DNA of 64,000 bases from Candidatus Ozemobacteraceae bacterium (GTDB taxonomy: Bacteria > Muiribacteriota > Ozemobacteria > Ozemobacterales > Ozemobacteraceae): assembly GCA_965140445.1 (NCBI GenBank), contig OZ223236.1, forward strand, positions 1,504,001 to 1,568,000. The letters run 5' to 3'. This document shows positions 10,974 through 21,003 of the stretch, in pieces. The position numbers were made by a program, and so were the translations under genes. Positions within the stretch are counted from its first letter, which is position 1. Each line of letters begins with the position of its first letter. Below the pieces are notes generated by a model that saw only the letters and a program-made list of their open reading frames with translations, was not told the origin of the DNA and searched no databases.

Positions 10974-13757
10974 TTAAAAGGCGTCAAATCCACCGCCAGA
11001 GCTTTTAGTTTCAGCTTTTGGCTCTTCGGATTTAGCTTCATCCTCAGCTTCATCTTTTTCGTCGTCTGCAACAGTTGCTTCGTCTTCATTTTCTGTTGGA
11101 GTCGCTGCTGGGGTTGTCATGCTGTCAAATCCGCCAGTCCCAAAAGAGTCTTTGGCAGGTGTTTTGGGTTCTTCTTTTTTAGTATCTACTGCGTCAAATC
11201 CACCGCTACCAAATCCGCCAGTGCTTTTTGCTGCAGGTTTTTCTTCTGTTTTGGAAACAGTTGCAGTTGGCTTAACTTCGCCAGCTTTAACCTCAGGCTT
11301 TTGAACAGGAGGATTAGTAACAAGTTCTTCTTCATCTTCTGGAAGAATAATATCTTCAGTTCCCATAAGTGGGTCTTCTTCAAAGATGGAGCTGGTTGAA
11401 GCTTTCTTTTCTACTTCTGTTAAGCTTGGAAGTTTTACTTCTTTGGCACTTAAAAGCTTTTTGAATTCTTCTTTGTAGCGCATTTCGGTAGGATTGAAAC
11501 CAAGGTAGAACTGGATATTTGGTGAGTAACTGACTGTTAAACCAGCAACCACAACCGCAACCATACTCATAAGTTTGATTAGGATGTTAAGAGATGGTCC
11601 AGAAGTATCCTTGAAAGGATCTCCAACGGTGTCGCCAACAACCGTAGCTTTATGGTTGTCAGAACCTTTTCCGCCAAGATTACCAGCTTCAACATACTTT
11701 TTCGCATTGTCCCATGTTCCGCCAGCATTTGCCATCATGATCGCAACTGCAAAGCCACATGCAAGTCCGCCTACCAGCATACCCATAACGCCAGCTACTC
11801 CAAGGAATAGGCCAACGATGATTGGTATAATGAGAGCTAAAAGGCTCGGAGCGATCATTTCTTTCTGTGCGCCTTTGGTTGAAATGTCAACACAGGAAGC
11901 GTAATCAGCTTTAACGCCTTCTTCGCCTTTTAATAAGCCAGGAATTTCTTTGAACTGTCGGCGAACTTCTTCAACCATGCTATGGGCAGCGCGGCCAACA
12001 GCTTTCATTGTCATGGCGCAGAATACAAAAACAAGCATAGCTCCAAGGAATACACCAACAAGTACTAGTGGATTCATAAGGTTTACATTGTAGTAAGCCA
12101 TGAAGTCGCCCATTGATGCTTTTGCAATTGGAACAGCGGTTTGCGGACCAGAGAAAATGTATTGATCCAGTTGATCACCGCTATAATTTGCTACGCGAAG
12201 GAGACCAATTCTGATTTCTTCAACATAAGCGCCAAGAAGAGCCATTGCTGTGAGAGCAGCAGAACCTATTGCAAAGCCTTTTCCTGTGGCAGCTGTGGTG
12301 TTGCCAAGAGAATCAAGTGCATCAGTTCTTTTTCTTACTTCAGGTCCGAGTTGAGACATTTCAGCGTTTCCGCCTGCGTTATCCGCAATTGGTCCATAAG
12401 CATCAGTAGCAAGGGTTAAACCAAGAGTTGATAGCATACCTACTGCAGCGATACCAATTCCATAAAGACCTTGTGCCGGATGATTGAATCCATCTGCAAA
12501 GCCGTATGAAAGAAGGATTGCAAGGCTGACTGTGATTACTGGGATACCAGTTGAAAGCATGCCTGTAGCCATACCTTCAATGATAACCGTCGCAGGGCCT
12601 GTTGTAGCCTGTGCCGCAACTTCTTGAGTTGGTTCGTAATCAGAAGAAGTGTAGTATTCAGTTGCCCAGCCAATAATAATACCGGCCATCAAACCGGTAA
12701 TGATTGAGCCGAGAATATAAAAATGCTCTGGAAGGAGTTTGTAGGTTAAGAACGCACTACCAAGAGCTGTTAAGGCAGAAGAAACATTGATTCCTCTTCC
12801 AAGAGCGCCCATGAGGTCTTTTTGTGATGCGTCTTCATCTGTGTTTACAAAATAAATACCGATGAGGGAGAAGAGAATTCCGCTTCCGGCGATCGCCATA
12901 GGCAACATGATTGAGTTTAGCTGATATTTTGCAAGCTCTCCATGTGCAAAGGCTGAAGCTCCAAGAGCTGCGGTGGCGAGAATTGAACCACAATATGATT
13001 CATAAAGATCCGCACCCATCCCAGCTACGTCACCAACGTTATCTCCTACGTTGTCTGCGATAACAGCAGGGTTTCTTGGATCATCTTCTGGAATTCCTGC
13101 TTCAGTTTTACCAACAAGATCAGCTCCAACGTCAGCGGCTTTTGTAAAAATACCGCCACCTACACGGGCAAAGAGTGCTTGTGAACTCGCACCCATACCG
13201 AATGTAAGCATGATGGTTGTGATTTCCATGTAATCATGAATAGCAAAGATACTATCTTTAAAAACAGTTTCTTTTACTGACATGGCCCATGTAAGAACTC
13301 TCCACCAGATTGAAATGTCAAGTAAGCCAAGACCAACAACAACAAAGCCCATAACAGCACCACTTCTGAAAGCTACCTGAAGTCCCTGATTAAGAGATTT
13401 TGAAGCGGCTGCAGCTGTTCTGTTGCTTGCATGTGTTGCTGTTTTCATTCCCAGATACCCAGATAGGCCTGAGAAGAAACCACCGGTTAAAAACGCAAAT
13501 GGAGTCCAAGGACTCTGTACTTTCAAAACAAACGCTAAGAATGCGAAGAATGCAAATGCAATTACAAAGAAAATTCCTACCACTTTGTATTGCGCCATCA
13601 AATAAGACATAGCGCCTTCTTTGACATAACCTGCAATTTCTTGCATCTTTTCTGTTCCCTGATCTGACTTGATCATAGAGGAGAAAAATACCCAGGCAAA
13701 AACCAGAGCTACGATTGCCCCAATTGGTGCCATCCAAAAAAATAATTGAGCGTCCAC
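10974..13757 (-). CDS. hppA: K+-dependent membrane pyrophosphatase (Na+ or Na+/H+ pumping) with ~180-aa low-complexity C-terminal extension
   Basis: [49 protein letters not shown] (Ala form, K+-dependent), [18 protein letters not shown] start after AAGGAGG. Confidence 0.95.
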   Translation of the reverse strand: MDAQLFFWMAPIGAIVALVFAWVFFSSMIKSDQGTEKMQEIAGYVKEGAMSYLMAQYKVVGIFFVIAFAFFAFLAFVLKVQSPWTPFAFLTGGFFSGLSGYLGMKTATHASNRTAAAASKSLNQGLQVAFRSGAVMGFVVVGLGLLDISIWWRVLTWAMSVKETVFKDSIFAIHDYMEITTIMLTFGMGASSQALFARVGGGIFTKAADVGADLVGKTEAGIPEDDPRNPAVIADNVGDNVGDVAGMGADLYESYCGSILATAALGASAFAHGELAKYQLNSIMLPMAIAGSGILFSLIGIYFVNTDEDASQKDLMGALGRGINVSSALTALGSAFLTYKLLPEHFYILGSIITGLMAGIIIGWATEYYTSSDYEPTQEVAAQATTGPATVIIEGMATGMLSTGIPVITVSLAILLSYGFADGFNHPAQGLYGIGIAAVGMLSTLGLTLATDAYGPIADNAGGNAEMSQLGPEVRKRTDALDSLGNTTAATGKGFAIGSAALTAMALLGAYVEEIRIGLLRVANYSGDQLDQYIFSGPQTAVPIAKASMGDFMAYYNVNLMNPLVLVGVFLGAMLVFVFCAMTMKAVGRAAHSMVEEVRRQFKEIPGLLKGEEGVKADYASCVDISTKGAQKEMIAPSLLALIIPIIVGLFLGVAGVMGMLVGGLACGFAVAIMMANAGGTWDNAKKYVEAGNLGGKGSDNHKATVVGDTVGDPFKDTSGPSLNILIKLMSMVAVVVAGLTVSYSPNIQFYLGFNPTEMRYKEEFKKLLSAKEVKLPSLTEVEKKASTSSIFEEDPLMGTEDIILPEDEEELVTNPPVQKPEVKAGEVKPTATVSKTEEKPAAKSTGGFGSGGFDAVDTKKEEPKTPAKDSFGTGGFDSMTTPAATPTENEDEATVADDEKDEAEDEAKSEEPKAETKSSGGGFDAF

Positions 13758-13822
13758 CTGTGACCTCCTTTAGTATACTTGGCCTAAATGTCGAATCCTC
13801 ATTCTTTCCTTACAAACGTTTA

Positions 13823-13854
13823 AAAATATCGCCACAGTGTACAGTTGTCAACTG
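13823..13854 (-). promoter_or_regulatory. hppA promoter with a palindrome overlapping the -35 box
   Basis: TTGACA-17-TATTTT on the minus strand; CAGTTG-T-CAACTG palindrome at 13842-13854. Confidence 0.45.
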
Positions 13855-13914
13855 ATTCAGTAAAAAAAGTTCTTTTTAGCTTCTTTTAATTTCAAATAAT
13901 GATAAAATTTTTTC

Positions 13915-14451
13915 ATGAGCGAAGAGACAAAAGAAAAAAAGATAGGGCCCGGTCGTTTGCAACGATTCTGCTATGCTGGTGTTTTGCTTGGCTTTATTCT
14001 GGCTCTGCAGATGCTTCGATTACCTAACATCGTTACAGGAGTTGTTGTAAATGCAGTTTTTATTATTATTTTTTACCGATCTGGCTTAAAACTGGCTGTT
14101 GCATCTGGAATGTTAAGTCCTTTTGGGGGAGTAATGACAGGGCATATGCCTGTTACGTTTTATCCGTTGATTCCAGTTATTATTCTTGGAAATGTTGCTT
14201 TTATACTTGGTTACGGATTTCTTGAAAAAAAAACGATTTGGATTCGCGTAATTTTTCCAGCTTTTTTAAAGGCAATGCTTATTGGTATCATCGGACTGGT
14301 TGTCATTAAGCAATTGAACATTGGCGAGAACTTAAAATGGGCAGTTGGAGCCGTTCTGGGGATTCAATTTTTTACCGCTACTATTGGGGTTTTGTTAGCT
14401 GAAAAAACAGAAATAGAACTTAAAAAACGGTCCCAATTAGCAGGACTGTAA
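13915..14451 (+). CDS. ECF transporter S-component-like membrane protein
   Basis: ~180 aa, 5-6 TM segments, VTGVVVNA and IPVIILGN patterns, no adjacent ATPase. Confidence 0.6.
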   Translation: MSEETKEKKIGPGRLQRFCYAGVLLGFILALQMLRLPNIVTGVVVNAVFIIIFYRSGLKLAVASGMLSPFGGVMTGHMPVTFYPLIPVIILGNVAFILGYGFLEKKTIWIRVIFPAFLKAMLIGIIGLVVIKQLNIGENLKWAVGAVLGIQFFTATIGVLLAEKTEIELKKRSQLAGL

Positions 14452-14483
14452 AAAGACTTATGTGGTTTATTTTAAAGGTAGCA

Positions 14484-16724
14484 TTAGCCGTTTTCCGGGC
14501 TTAACTCTCTTTCCCATTTGAACAAAGTGTTGTTTACTTCGTTTACTATTTCAGAAGAGTTTTCATCCTCAAGAAGTTCTGACAGGTCTTTTTTAAAACT
14601 GGCATCGCCAATATTTCCAATTGCTTTTACTGCCTGAAGTCTTTCTGATTCGCTTTCGCTAGTTAGCATAGCTTTTAATCTTTTTAAAATGTTCTCAATT
14701 ATGGGAAGAATCAAAAAGTTCTTTTCCTCACTGAAAGCAGGGAAAAGTCTTCTGAATTTTCTTGAAGACGCCAGAAAGTAGATCGCGTAGGCAGCAGATG
14801 CGCGCATATTTGTATTGTCTGATTTTAAAAGGCTATAGATGCAGGAAAGGGTGTCATGATCATCCGAAATCCATAAACCCAGTAGAGCATTTGAGCAAAC
14901 TCTGGGAGAGGGATCTTGAAGCATTTTTTTCAAGACCGATTGCTTGTCTGGAAATTCGAGTGGGACACATGCTTCAACCGCATTAGCTCTAAGCCTATCG
15001 TTTGGTGAATTAAACAGCCTTGTAAAAAATGAAATTAACTTTTTGTCGCGTCCCATTCCTAATATTGAGGCCGCAGTTGCGGAAATAGCCTCATCCTCTG
15101 AGGTAGAAGAAAGCTCTTGAAGAAAATCCTTAACGGTCTGCTCTTGCTCGAAAACAAAAGGTGATAAGGCTTTTAATGCAGGAATCCTATATTGAGAGTC
15201 TGGATCTTCAACCAGGCTTTTTAAGAAACCAAAGCCTTCAGTTTTTTGCGTAAAACCAAAAAGTGGAATTAATATCAGCGCATCTCTTTCATCTGATGAA
15301 GAAATTCGTTCCTTAAAATACGTAAGATTAGTAAATCCGTTGAGAAGATAGTATTCGACCTTATCGCTTCCAACTTCGCTGGTTGAAGTTATTGGGGTTG
15401 TTGTTAAAAAGTCGCCTTCAGAAGAAGAAACTTTTCGGTCAATAACTGGTAGGAAATTATTGCTTAGTGTGGATAACGAGGCCATTTTTTTTGCTCTATT
15501 CACCGTTTTTCCGATTGCAGTGAATTCTTGTCGGTCTTGCGCCCCAACGTTACCAATAATTACTCTTCCAAGAGAGATTCCAGAGCGCATGCTGAGTTCT
15601 TCAAGGGCTAAGGCGGCCTGTTTGAAATTTAGCATATTTACTGAATTTCTTACGGCAAGAGCGGTGAAAGCTGCTCTCAATTGTGCTGGCCAACGACCGG
15701 CACTTTTTACTGGGAAAACTGCGAGAATGCTGGCATCTCCAAATTTATCAATTATTCCACCTGTGGAAGTTATAATCTTTACAGCTTCTTCGAAAAAGGA
15801 ATTGATTGTGTCGATGGCTTCCGAAGGGGAATGTCTTTCGATGAATGAACTGAAATCGCTAAGTTCAATGTATAGAACTGCAGCCTCAATTGCTCTTCCT
15901 GAGAAACACTTTGAATTTAGTTCGGTATCATCGCGCCAGATCTTTTTGCTTAAGAATCTGCCTGATTCTTCCCTGTCTTTAAGTGCGGAGGTCAGTTTAT
16001 TAAAAGAATTGGCCAGCTCCCCAAACTCATCGGATGAATTTAAAAAAGCTTTTCTGTTGTAGTCACCATCTGTGAGAGATTCTATAGCAAAAAGAATTGT
16101 GTTTAATGGTCCTAGTAATGTGGATGAAATCCCGTAGGCTATAAATAGACCGGCAAAAATTAACAGGATTCCCAAGGTTAAGTTATATAATAAAAGGCTT
16201 CTGATACTTGCGTATTCTTCATTTAAAGTAAAGCCAACTCTGATAACACCGTATTTGTTTCCACCAAGAATAATTGGAACCGAAGCATCATATATTGGTT
16301 GACCGTTGTTTGCAGCTTTTCGTATTTGAACTCTTGTTGAAGCTAAAGCACTTCTTGACCAGCCATCTGAGAAATACTTTCCATTCAATTTTGGGTCTGT
16401 GCTTGAAATTACACGCCCTAGATTGTCTAAAATAATGCAGTAATCAATGCGATTGATTTTGACAAATTCTTTTAAAGCGTAGTCAATGCTCTGAAAATTT
16501 CCTCTGACAATATCTTCGCCCATCGCAAGCGCTATCATTTTACCAATCATAAGGCTGCTTTCTTCAGCTCTTCTGAAGCTTGCTTCTTTTACCTGAAGAG
16601 TGACCAGATAAACAGAGATAAGCATTATGAAGGAAATTAGCAGGGTTAAAGTTACTGCTATTTTTTGCCTGAATCCAAGAGAGGCTTTGAGAATTGCATT
16701 TTTTACAGGTTTATTTGCTGCCAT
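14484..16724 (-). CDS. Membrane protein: periplasmic sensor, HAMP, degenerate class III cyclase domain, HEAT repeats
   Basis: Two TM segments, HAMP (DEFGELANSFNKL), GGIIDKFGD, RSGISLGRVIIGNVG, FTAIGKTVNRA, HEAT-like DRLRANAVEA / PRVCSNALLGL / NMRASAAYAI; start moved to ATG 16724 (SD AGGAG). Confidence 0.82.
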   Translation of the reverse strand: MAANKPVKNAILKASLGFRQKIAVTLTLLISFIMLISVYLVTLQVKEASFRRAEESSLMIGKMIALAMGEDIVRGNFQSIDYALKEFVKINRIDYCIILDNLGRVISSTDPKLNGKYFSDGWSRSALASTRVQIRKAANNGQPIYDASVPIILGGNKYGVIRVGFTLNEEYASIRSLLLYNLTLGILLIFAGLFIAYGISSTLLGPLNTILFAIESLTDGDYNRKAFLNSSDEFGELANSFNKLTSALKDREESGRFLSKKIWRDDTELNSKCFSGRAIEAAVLYIELSDFSSFIERHSPSEAIDTINSFFEEAVKIITSTGGIIDKFGDASILAVFPVKSAGRWPAQLRAAFTALAVRNSVNMLNFKQAALALEELSMRSGISLGRVIIGNVGAQDRQEFTAIGKTVNRAKKMASLSTLSNNFLPVIDRKVSSSEGDFLTTTPITSTSEVGSDKVEYYLLNGFTNLTYFKERISSSDERDALILIPLFGFTQKTEGFGFLKSLVEDPDSQYRIPALKALSPFVFEQEQTVKDFLQELSSTSEDEAISATAASILGMGRDKKLISFFTRLFNSPNDRLRANAVEACVPLEFPDKQSVLKKMLQDPSPRVCSNALLGLWISDDHDTLSCIYSLLKSDNTNMRASAAYAIYFLASSRKFRRLFPAFSEEKNFLILPIIENILKRLKAMLTSESESERLQAVKAIGNIGDASFKKDLSELLEDENSSEIVNEVNNTLFKWERELSPENG

Positions 16725-17664
16725 TGCCAAACTCCTGTGCAATTGCTTCATATGCTTCAAGATCAGGTTCTTTTACTTTAAACATTCCTGAAAACATTTC
16801 AGAGATATCGATGGTTTCTGAAACTTTTTTAAATCCTTCAACAATCATAGTTTCATAAGAAATTTCCCGATCTGAATTGGTGATATAAACGCCGCCTGGA
16901 AGCGGCTTGCTTTCATATATTGTCTTTAAACCTTTTTTGGCGGAATCTGGTTGTTCAACATAAAAATTGCTGGAAACAACTATGCAGTCAAATTCGTTGT
17001 TCTTTAGCCCGAGTATGGAATTGGAATAGTTGTCTGTAAATGATTCCTGATCAAAAAAGTTTGTTGGATTGATTCCGGCTTTTTTAAGCTCATATACCGG
17101 AAACAAATATCCGGGAAGGGATGAATCGTTTTTGTATGCGATTCGATAACCTTTTAAGTCTAAAATGGATTTGGCCGGATCTTCATCCTTTACAATGAAT
17201 AATGCACATTTTGGTGGGATGCTGTAGCGTTCAAGAACTGCTTTTACATGTTTTCTATCTTTCGCTTCGGCAAAATTCAGGGCAGAAATGCTACCAAAAT
17301 CAACAGCTTTTCTTTCAATTTTGCTAATAACTTCCATTTCGTTCTGAGAGATATCAATGACTGCTGTCTTGCCCGTTCTTTCTACTATTTGATCTAATTT
17401 TGGCTTAACGATGTCAAGAAAACGAACCAGTTCACCACGTGGTACTGAGAAACTGAAAACTATTTCATCTGAAGATCTTTCTGTCGTTGAAATCGTAAAA
17501 GCAGGCTGGTCTGATACTCCGGCAAACACGCCATTTAAACCAGAAGCGCTGCTGGTAAATTCGACAAAATTTTTCCAAAGTATTCCGCCAGAGCAAACGA
17601 TTCCAGAAAGTAGTAGAAAAATTAGTCCAAAAAATAAAGAATTTTTGTCAGATTCAGTTCTCAT
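16711..17664 (-). CDS. Membrane-anchored PhnD/SsuA-type substrate-binding protein
   Basis: N-terminal TM; SILDLKGYRIAY...SLPGYLFP..ELKKAGI motif of phosphonate-binding proteins; overlaps the cyclase start. Confidence 0.7.
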   Translation of the reverse strand: MRTESDKNSLFFGLIFLLLSGIVCSGGILWKNFVEFTSSASGLNGVFAGVSDQPAFTISTTERSSDEIVFSFSVPRGELVRFLDIVKPKLDQIVERTGKTAVIDISQNEMEVISKIERKAVDFGSISALNFAEAKDRKHVKAVLERYSIPPKCALFIVKDEDPAKSILDLKGYRIAYKNDSSLPGYLFPVYELKKAGINPTNFFDQESFTDNYSNSILGLKNNEFDCIVVSSNFYVEQPDSAKKGLKTIYESKPLPGGVYITNSDREISYETMIVEGFKKVSETIDISEMFSGMFKVKEPDLEAYEAIAQEFGNGSK

Positions 17665-17923
17665 ATCTCAATATCTCTCAATTTGTTAGCTGAAATGATT
17701 GTACCAGAGAAGTCCTAAAATAAAAAGAGCGGAAATTCAAAACCACACATATAGAGAAAAAACAATATAATCTGTTTTCCAGAGTAGAAGTTTCCAACTA
17801 CCTGTAGGAAAAAAATAAAAAACTTTGTACAAAGTTTTGCGTATTACCTAAGAACCGACTTTTTTTTGTTATAATTCAAGAAATGTAATCAGTTATTATC
17901 CGAAACCCATGGGGGATGATTTT

Positions 17924-19399
17924 ATGAAAAAGCTCAACAAAAGAGGCGTTATAGGCTTAATGCTTACCATGGCTCTTGGTGTAGCTCTTGGGGCTGCAAC
18001 TCTTGTTGTTGGAAATGAGATTGTAAAGGGAATTAGCGGTAATGAAAATAAGACTGCAAATTCCGAAAAAAAAGCTTCACCAGTGGCCGTAGAAAAAGCC
18101 TTTGCTGAATATCAAGCAGCCTACAAAAGTTACCAGCAAGCTGTTGGGCTTGGACGGAGTGATTCAGACAACTATGCTAAAAAACTTCAGGAAGCCAGGA
18201 AAAAGCTTGAGTGGGAAATCCTGAAGAATACTCCTGGTGTTTCTCAGATGGATCTGACTGGCATAGGAGCTGATACAAATAATCAGGAATCTGCGACCAC
18301 AACTACGGAAAGTTCAAATACAGAAGCCTCAGCCCCAGAAGCAGCTTCACAGGTGTCTTCATCTATGAGCAATCCTTTTGGTGAGGGCGAAATTGTTTTG
18401 AATCCAACAGGAAATTCTACAAATTCGGGAGATGCGGCAGTTGTAAGTATTTCTTCTGAAGCTCCAAGTGATTCTCCTTTTGCAGTTAGAAATACCGACA
18501 CATCGACAAATAATAGTGTAGCAAGCTCTAACAGCCCGGAAGCAACTCAGGCCTCCGCTCCAGATGACGGTGTTTATGGAATGGAATATTATACGGTTAA
18601 AGCCGGCGATTCTCTTTCCAAAATTTGCCAAAAATACTATGGCGATAGCGGAATGTGGACACATATTTTAAAATACCAGATCCCAGCTATTGCCGGGACT
18701 CCAAATTTGATTTTCCCAGGACAATTGATTGCCTTGCCAAGAGGATTTTCCAGAGATAGAAATGAAAGTTCTTTTGTTTCATCTGCCGGGAATAATTCTA
18801 CAGACAATGGCTCTGGTAGCACTCCTTCAACTCATGAAACAGCCGCCCCCGGAGATGAATCCTGGGCAGGTAGTTTCCAGAAGGATTATTTAATTTCTGA
18901 CTACACTCTCACAAGAACTGACACCATGACTGTAAGTGACATACAAAGCTTTTTGGATAAAAAGGGTTCGTGTCTGGCAAAACCATATAGAGGTTCTAGT
19001 CCGGCTCAAATGATTTATGATGCAGCTAAAAAGTATGGAATCAATCCGCAGGTTATTTTGACCCGTTTGCAATGTGAACAGGGGTTAATTACAAAGAAAA
19101 CGGCTACGGAACACAAACTTGATTGGGCGCTCGGAGTTGGTGCTTATGATTCAGGTAATTGGAATCAGAAGTATAAAGGCCTGGATAAGCAGATTGAATT
19201 TGCAGCTGCTACATATAGAAGACATTATGATAACGCGGCCAGTAGAATTAAAGCTGGTGAAAAAGTTACCATGAAAATTGATGGCCAGAATGTGACCCTG
19301 AAGAATGCAGCATCCTATGCTTTTTACAAATATTGCCCACATTTTGCGGGAAATAAACTATTTAACAGTGTCTGGAACGGATTTAAAGATAAATTCTAA
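17924..19399 (+). CDS. Membrane-anchored LysM protein with putative lysozyme-like C-terminal domain
   Basis: N-terminal TM, S/T/A-rich linker, LysM YTVKAGDSLSKI...NLIFPGQLIALP, C-terminal IYDAAKKYGINPQVILTRLQCEQGL; extended -10 TGnTATAAT at 17867-17875. Confidence 0.75.
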   Translation: MKKLNKRGVIGLMLTMALGVALGAATLVVGNEIVKGISGNENKTANSEKKASPVAVEKAFAEYQAAYKSYQQAVGLGRSDSDNYAKKLQEARKKLEWEILKNTPGVSQMDLTGIGADTNNQESATTTTESSNTEASAPEAASQVSSSMSNPFGEGEIVLNPTGNSTNSGDAAVVSISSEAPSDSPFAVRNTDTSTNNSVASSNSPEATQASAPDDGVYGMEYYTVKAGDSLSKICQKYYGDSGMWTHILKYQIPAIAGTPNLIFPGQLIALPRGFSRDRNESSFVSSAGNNSTDNGSGSTPSTHETAAPGDESWAGSFQKDYLISDYTLTRTDTMTVSDIQSFLDKKGSCLAKPYRGSSPAQMIYDAAKKYGINPQVILTRLQCEQGLITKKTATEHKLDWALGVGAYDSGNWNQKYKGLDKQIEFAAATYRRHYDNAASRIKAGEKVTMKIDGQNVTLKNAASYAFYKYCPHFAGNKLFNSVWNGFKDKF

Positions 19400-19403
19400 A
19401 TCC

Positions 19404-20372
19404 TTATTCTTCGTCTGAAACTATTGGCTCAGCCAAAGCTTTTTTAAGCATTGTGCTGAGCCTTTTTGCTGCTTTAGAAAGCTCTAATGGCATTTTACTG
19501 CCTAATAAAAATACGCATGATTCTCCAGAGAATTGCAACTTCAATAGTTCAGGTATTGATTTTTTCAGCTCTGAAAAATCAATTTCTTCGTCCAGCGCTA
19601 GATTCTCAATAAACTGAATCCTGAAATATAAGGGGGAGGGATGTTGTTCTTCAAGCATTGCTAAAGATGACAATCCAAAGTCAGAACTAAATTCAGGGAA
19701 ATATTCCAACCTATTCCAGCCTGCATTGACCGAACATAGGGTTATTCCCGCTTCAGTAAGCGCAAAAGAAAGACGTATCGGAATGTTGGCTATTTTTATC
19801 AGTGGGAGTAATTTTTGTGAAAATAATAAGATTTTGCTTTCAATTGCCTGGGGAGGCTTTAGCGGGAACATTCGCCAGGAATGTGAAAAGTTAAGCTCTT
19901 TGGTTAGTGATACCTGTGAAATCATTTTAACTTGTTCATTAAAGAAGGTGGCTTCAATATAGCCCTTGGCTTTAAAAAACGGCTCTATTATCACTTCCGA
20001 ATTGTCTGCAAGTAAATTGACCTGTTCAAAAAAATCAGGGAGCTCTCGGAAAGCTCTTAATAGAAAATGCCCCTTGCAGTCTTCAAGATTTTTGTCCGTT
20101 TTGATTACGGTTGGAAAATTTTGATGTTTAATCAGCCAGGCAGAGATTTTGCTGAAATCTTTGCTTGAAAAATATTCTGGCTGCCTTAAGCCTAATACGC
20201 CACAATGCTTTCTAAATGCACTTCTTGATAATAATAAACTGCAAAAAAAATCATCCACCTGTGATTCTTTAAGAGCGGATTCCAGATTTTTTACCCCAAA
20301 AAAAGGTTTTCCGGGCAGGCTGAAAGTTTTTTCAGATAAAAACATTGAGGTGAGGTTGTTATGAGAGTTCAT
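19404..20372 (-). CDS. Degenerate ATP-grasp-like protein
   Basis: FPTVIKT...KGHFLL...VIIEPFF skeleton; the ExNxR position reads SVNAG. Confidence 0.5.
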   Translation of the reverse strand: MNSHNNLTSMFLSEKTFSLPGKPFFGVKNLESALKESQVDDFFCSLLLSRSAFRKHCGVLGLRQPEYFSSKDFSKISAWLIKHQNFPTVIKTDKNLEDCKGHFLLRAFRELPDFFEQVNLLADNSEVIIEPFFKAKGYIEATFFNEQVKMISQVSLTKELNFSHSWRMFPLKPPQAIESKILLFSQKLLPLIKIANIPIRLSFALTEAGITLCSVNAGWNRLEYFPEFSSDFGLSSLAMLEEQHPSPLYFRIQFIENLALDEEIDFSELKKSIPELLKLQFSGESCVFLLGSKMPLELSKAAKRLSTMLKKALAEPIVSDEE

Positions 20373-20418
20373 CAGAGATACTATCGGTTAAAATTGCCCG
20401 ACAATTAACAATCTGATT

Positions 20419-21003
20419 TTATTCTCTCATCTGGTCTTCAAGTTCTTTTAATCTAGCTCTGGCAAGACGGTTGTCCGGATTTTCATGGATCGCACGCTGA
20501 AGAGTGTCAATTTCAGTTCTGCTGTATCTTATAAGTCTTTTTAAAACGTTTAGATCGCGCGAAATAGTTCGGTCATCATTAGGTAGAGCGTTGGCTCTTT
20601 CCCAGTTGTTAAAAGCCTTGCGAAATTTATTTCGCTCAAAAAATATTTGACCAGAGAGTTTGAATATGCCGTAGTTTGTTGGATCATAAATCTTTGCTCT
20701 ATCCAATCTACGAAGTGCGTCTTCATAACTTCCGTGATAGTAATCTTTTGTGGCAGTCTGGAGATATTCCTTTGCCCTGTATTCATTGAGATACTCGTCC
20801 CTGGCAGCATCTTCCATTAACTCTGCGGAATCTGTGGCAAGTGGTTCAGGTTGGTCTTTGGTTACGGTCGCCTGGATGTTCAATCTTATGTGTGAAAAAT
20901 CCAGGGAAGTTGCTTTTGGGAAGACGGCAGCAAAATAGGCAACAATCAGTAGTATTAAAACTACCGCTGCCCATTTTAAATATTTGCCGTATTTCTTATT
21001 CAC
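20419..21003 (-). CDS. Membrane-anchored TPR protein
   Basis: TM then TPR-like YEDALRRLDRAKIYDP...FRKAFNNWERA; probable GTG start at 21003 (GTGA overlap with the upstream stop). Confidence 0.7.
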   Translation of the reverse strand: MNKKYGKYLKWAAVVLILLIVAYFAAVFPKATSLDFSHIRLNIQATVTKDQPEPLATDSAELMEDAARDEYLNEYRAKEYLQTATKDYYHGSYEDALRRLDRAKIYDPTNYGIFKLSGQIFFERNKFRKAFNNWERANALPNDDRTISRDLNVLKRLIRYSRTEIDTLQRAIHENPDNRLARARLKELEDQMRE

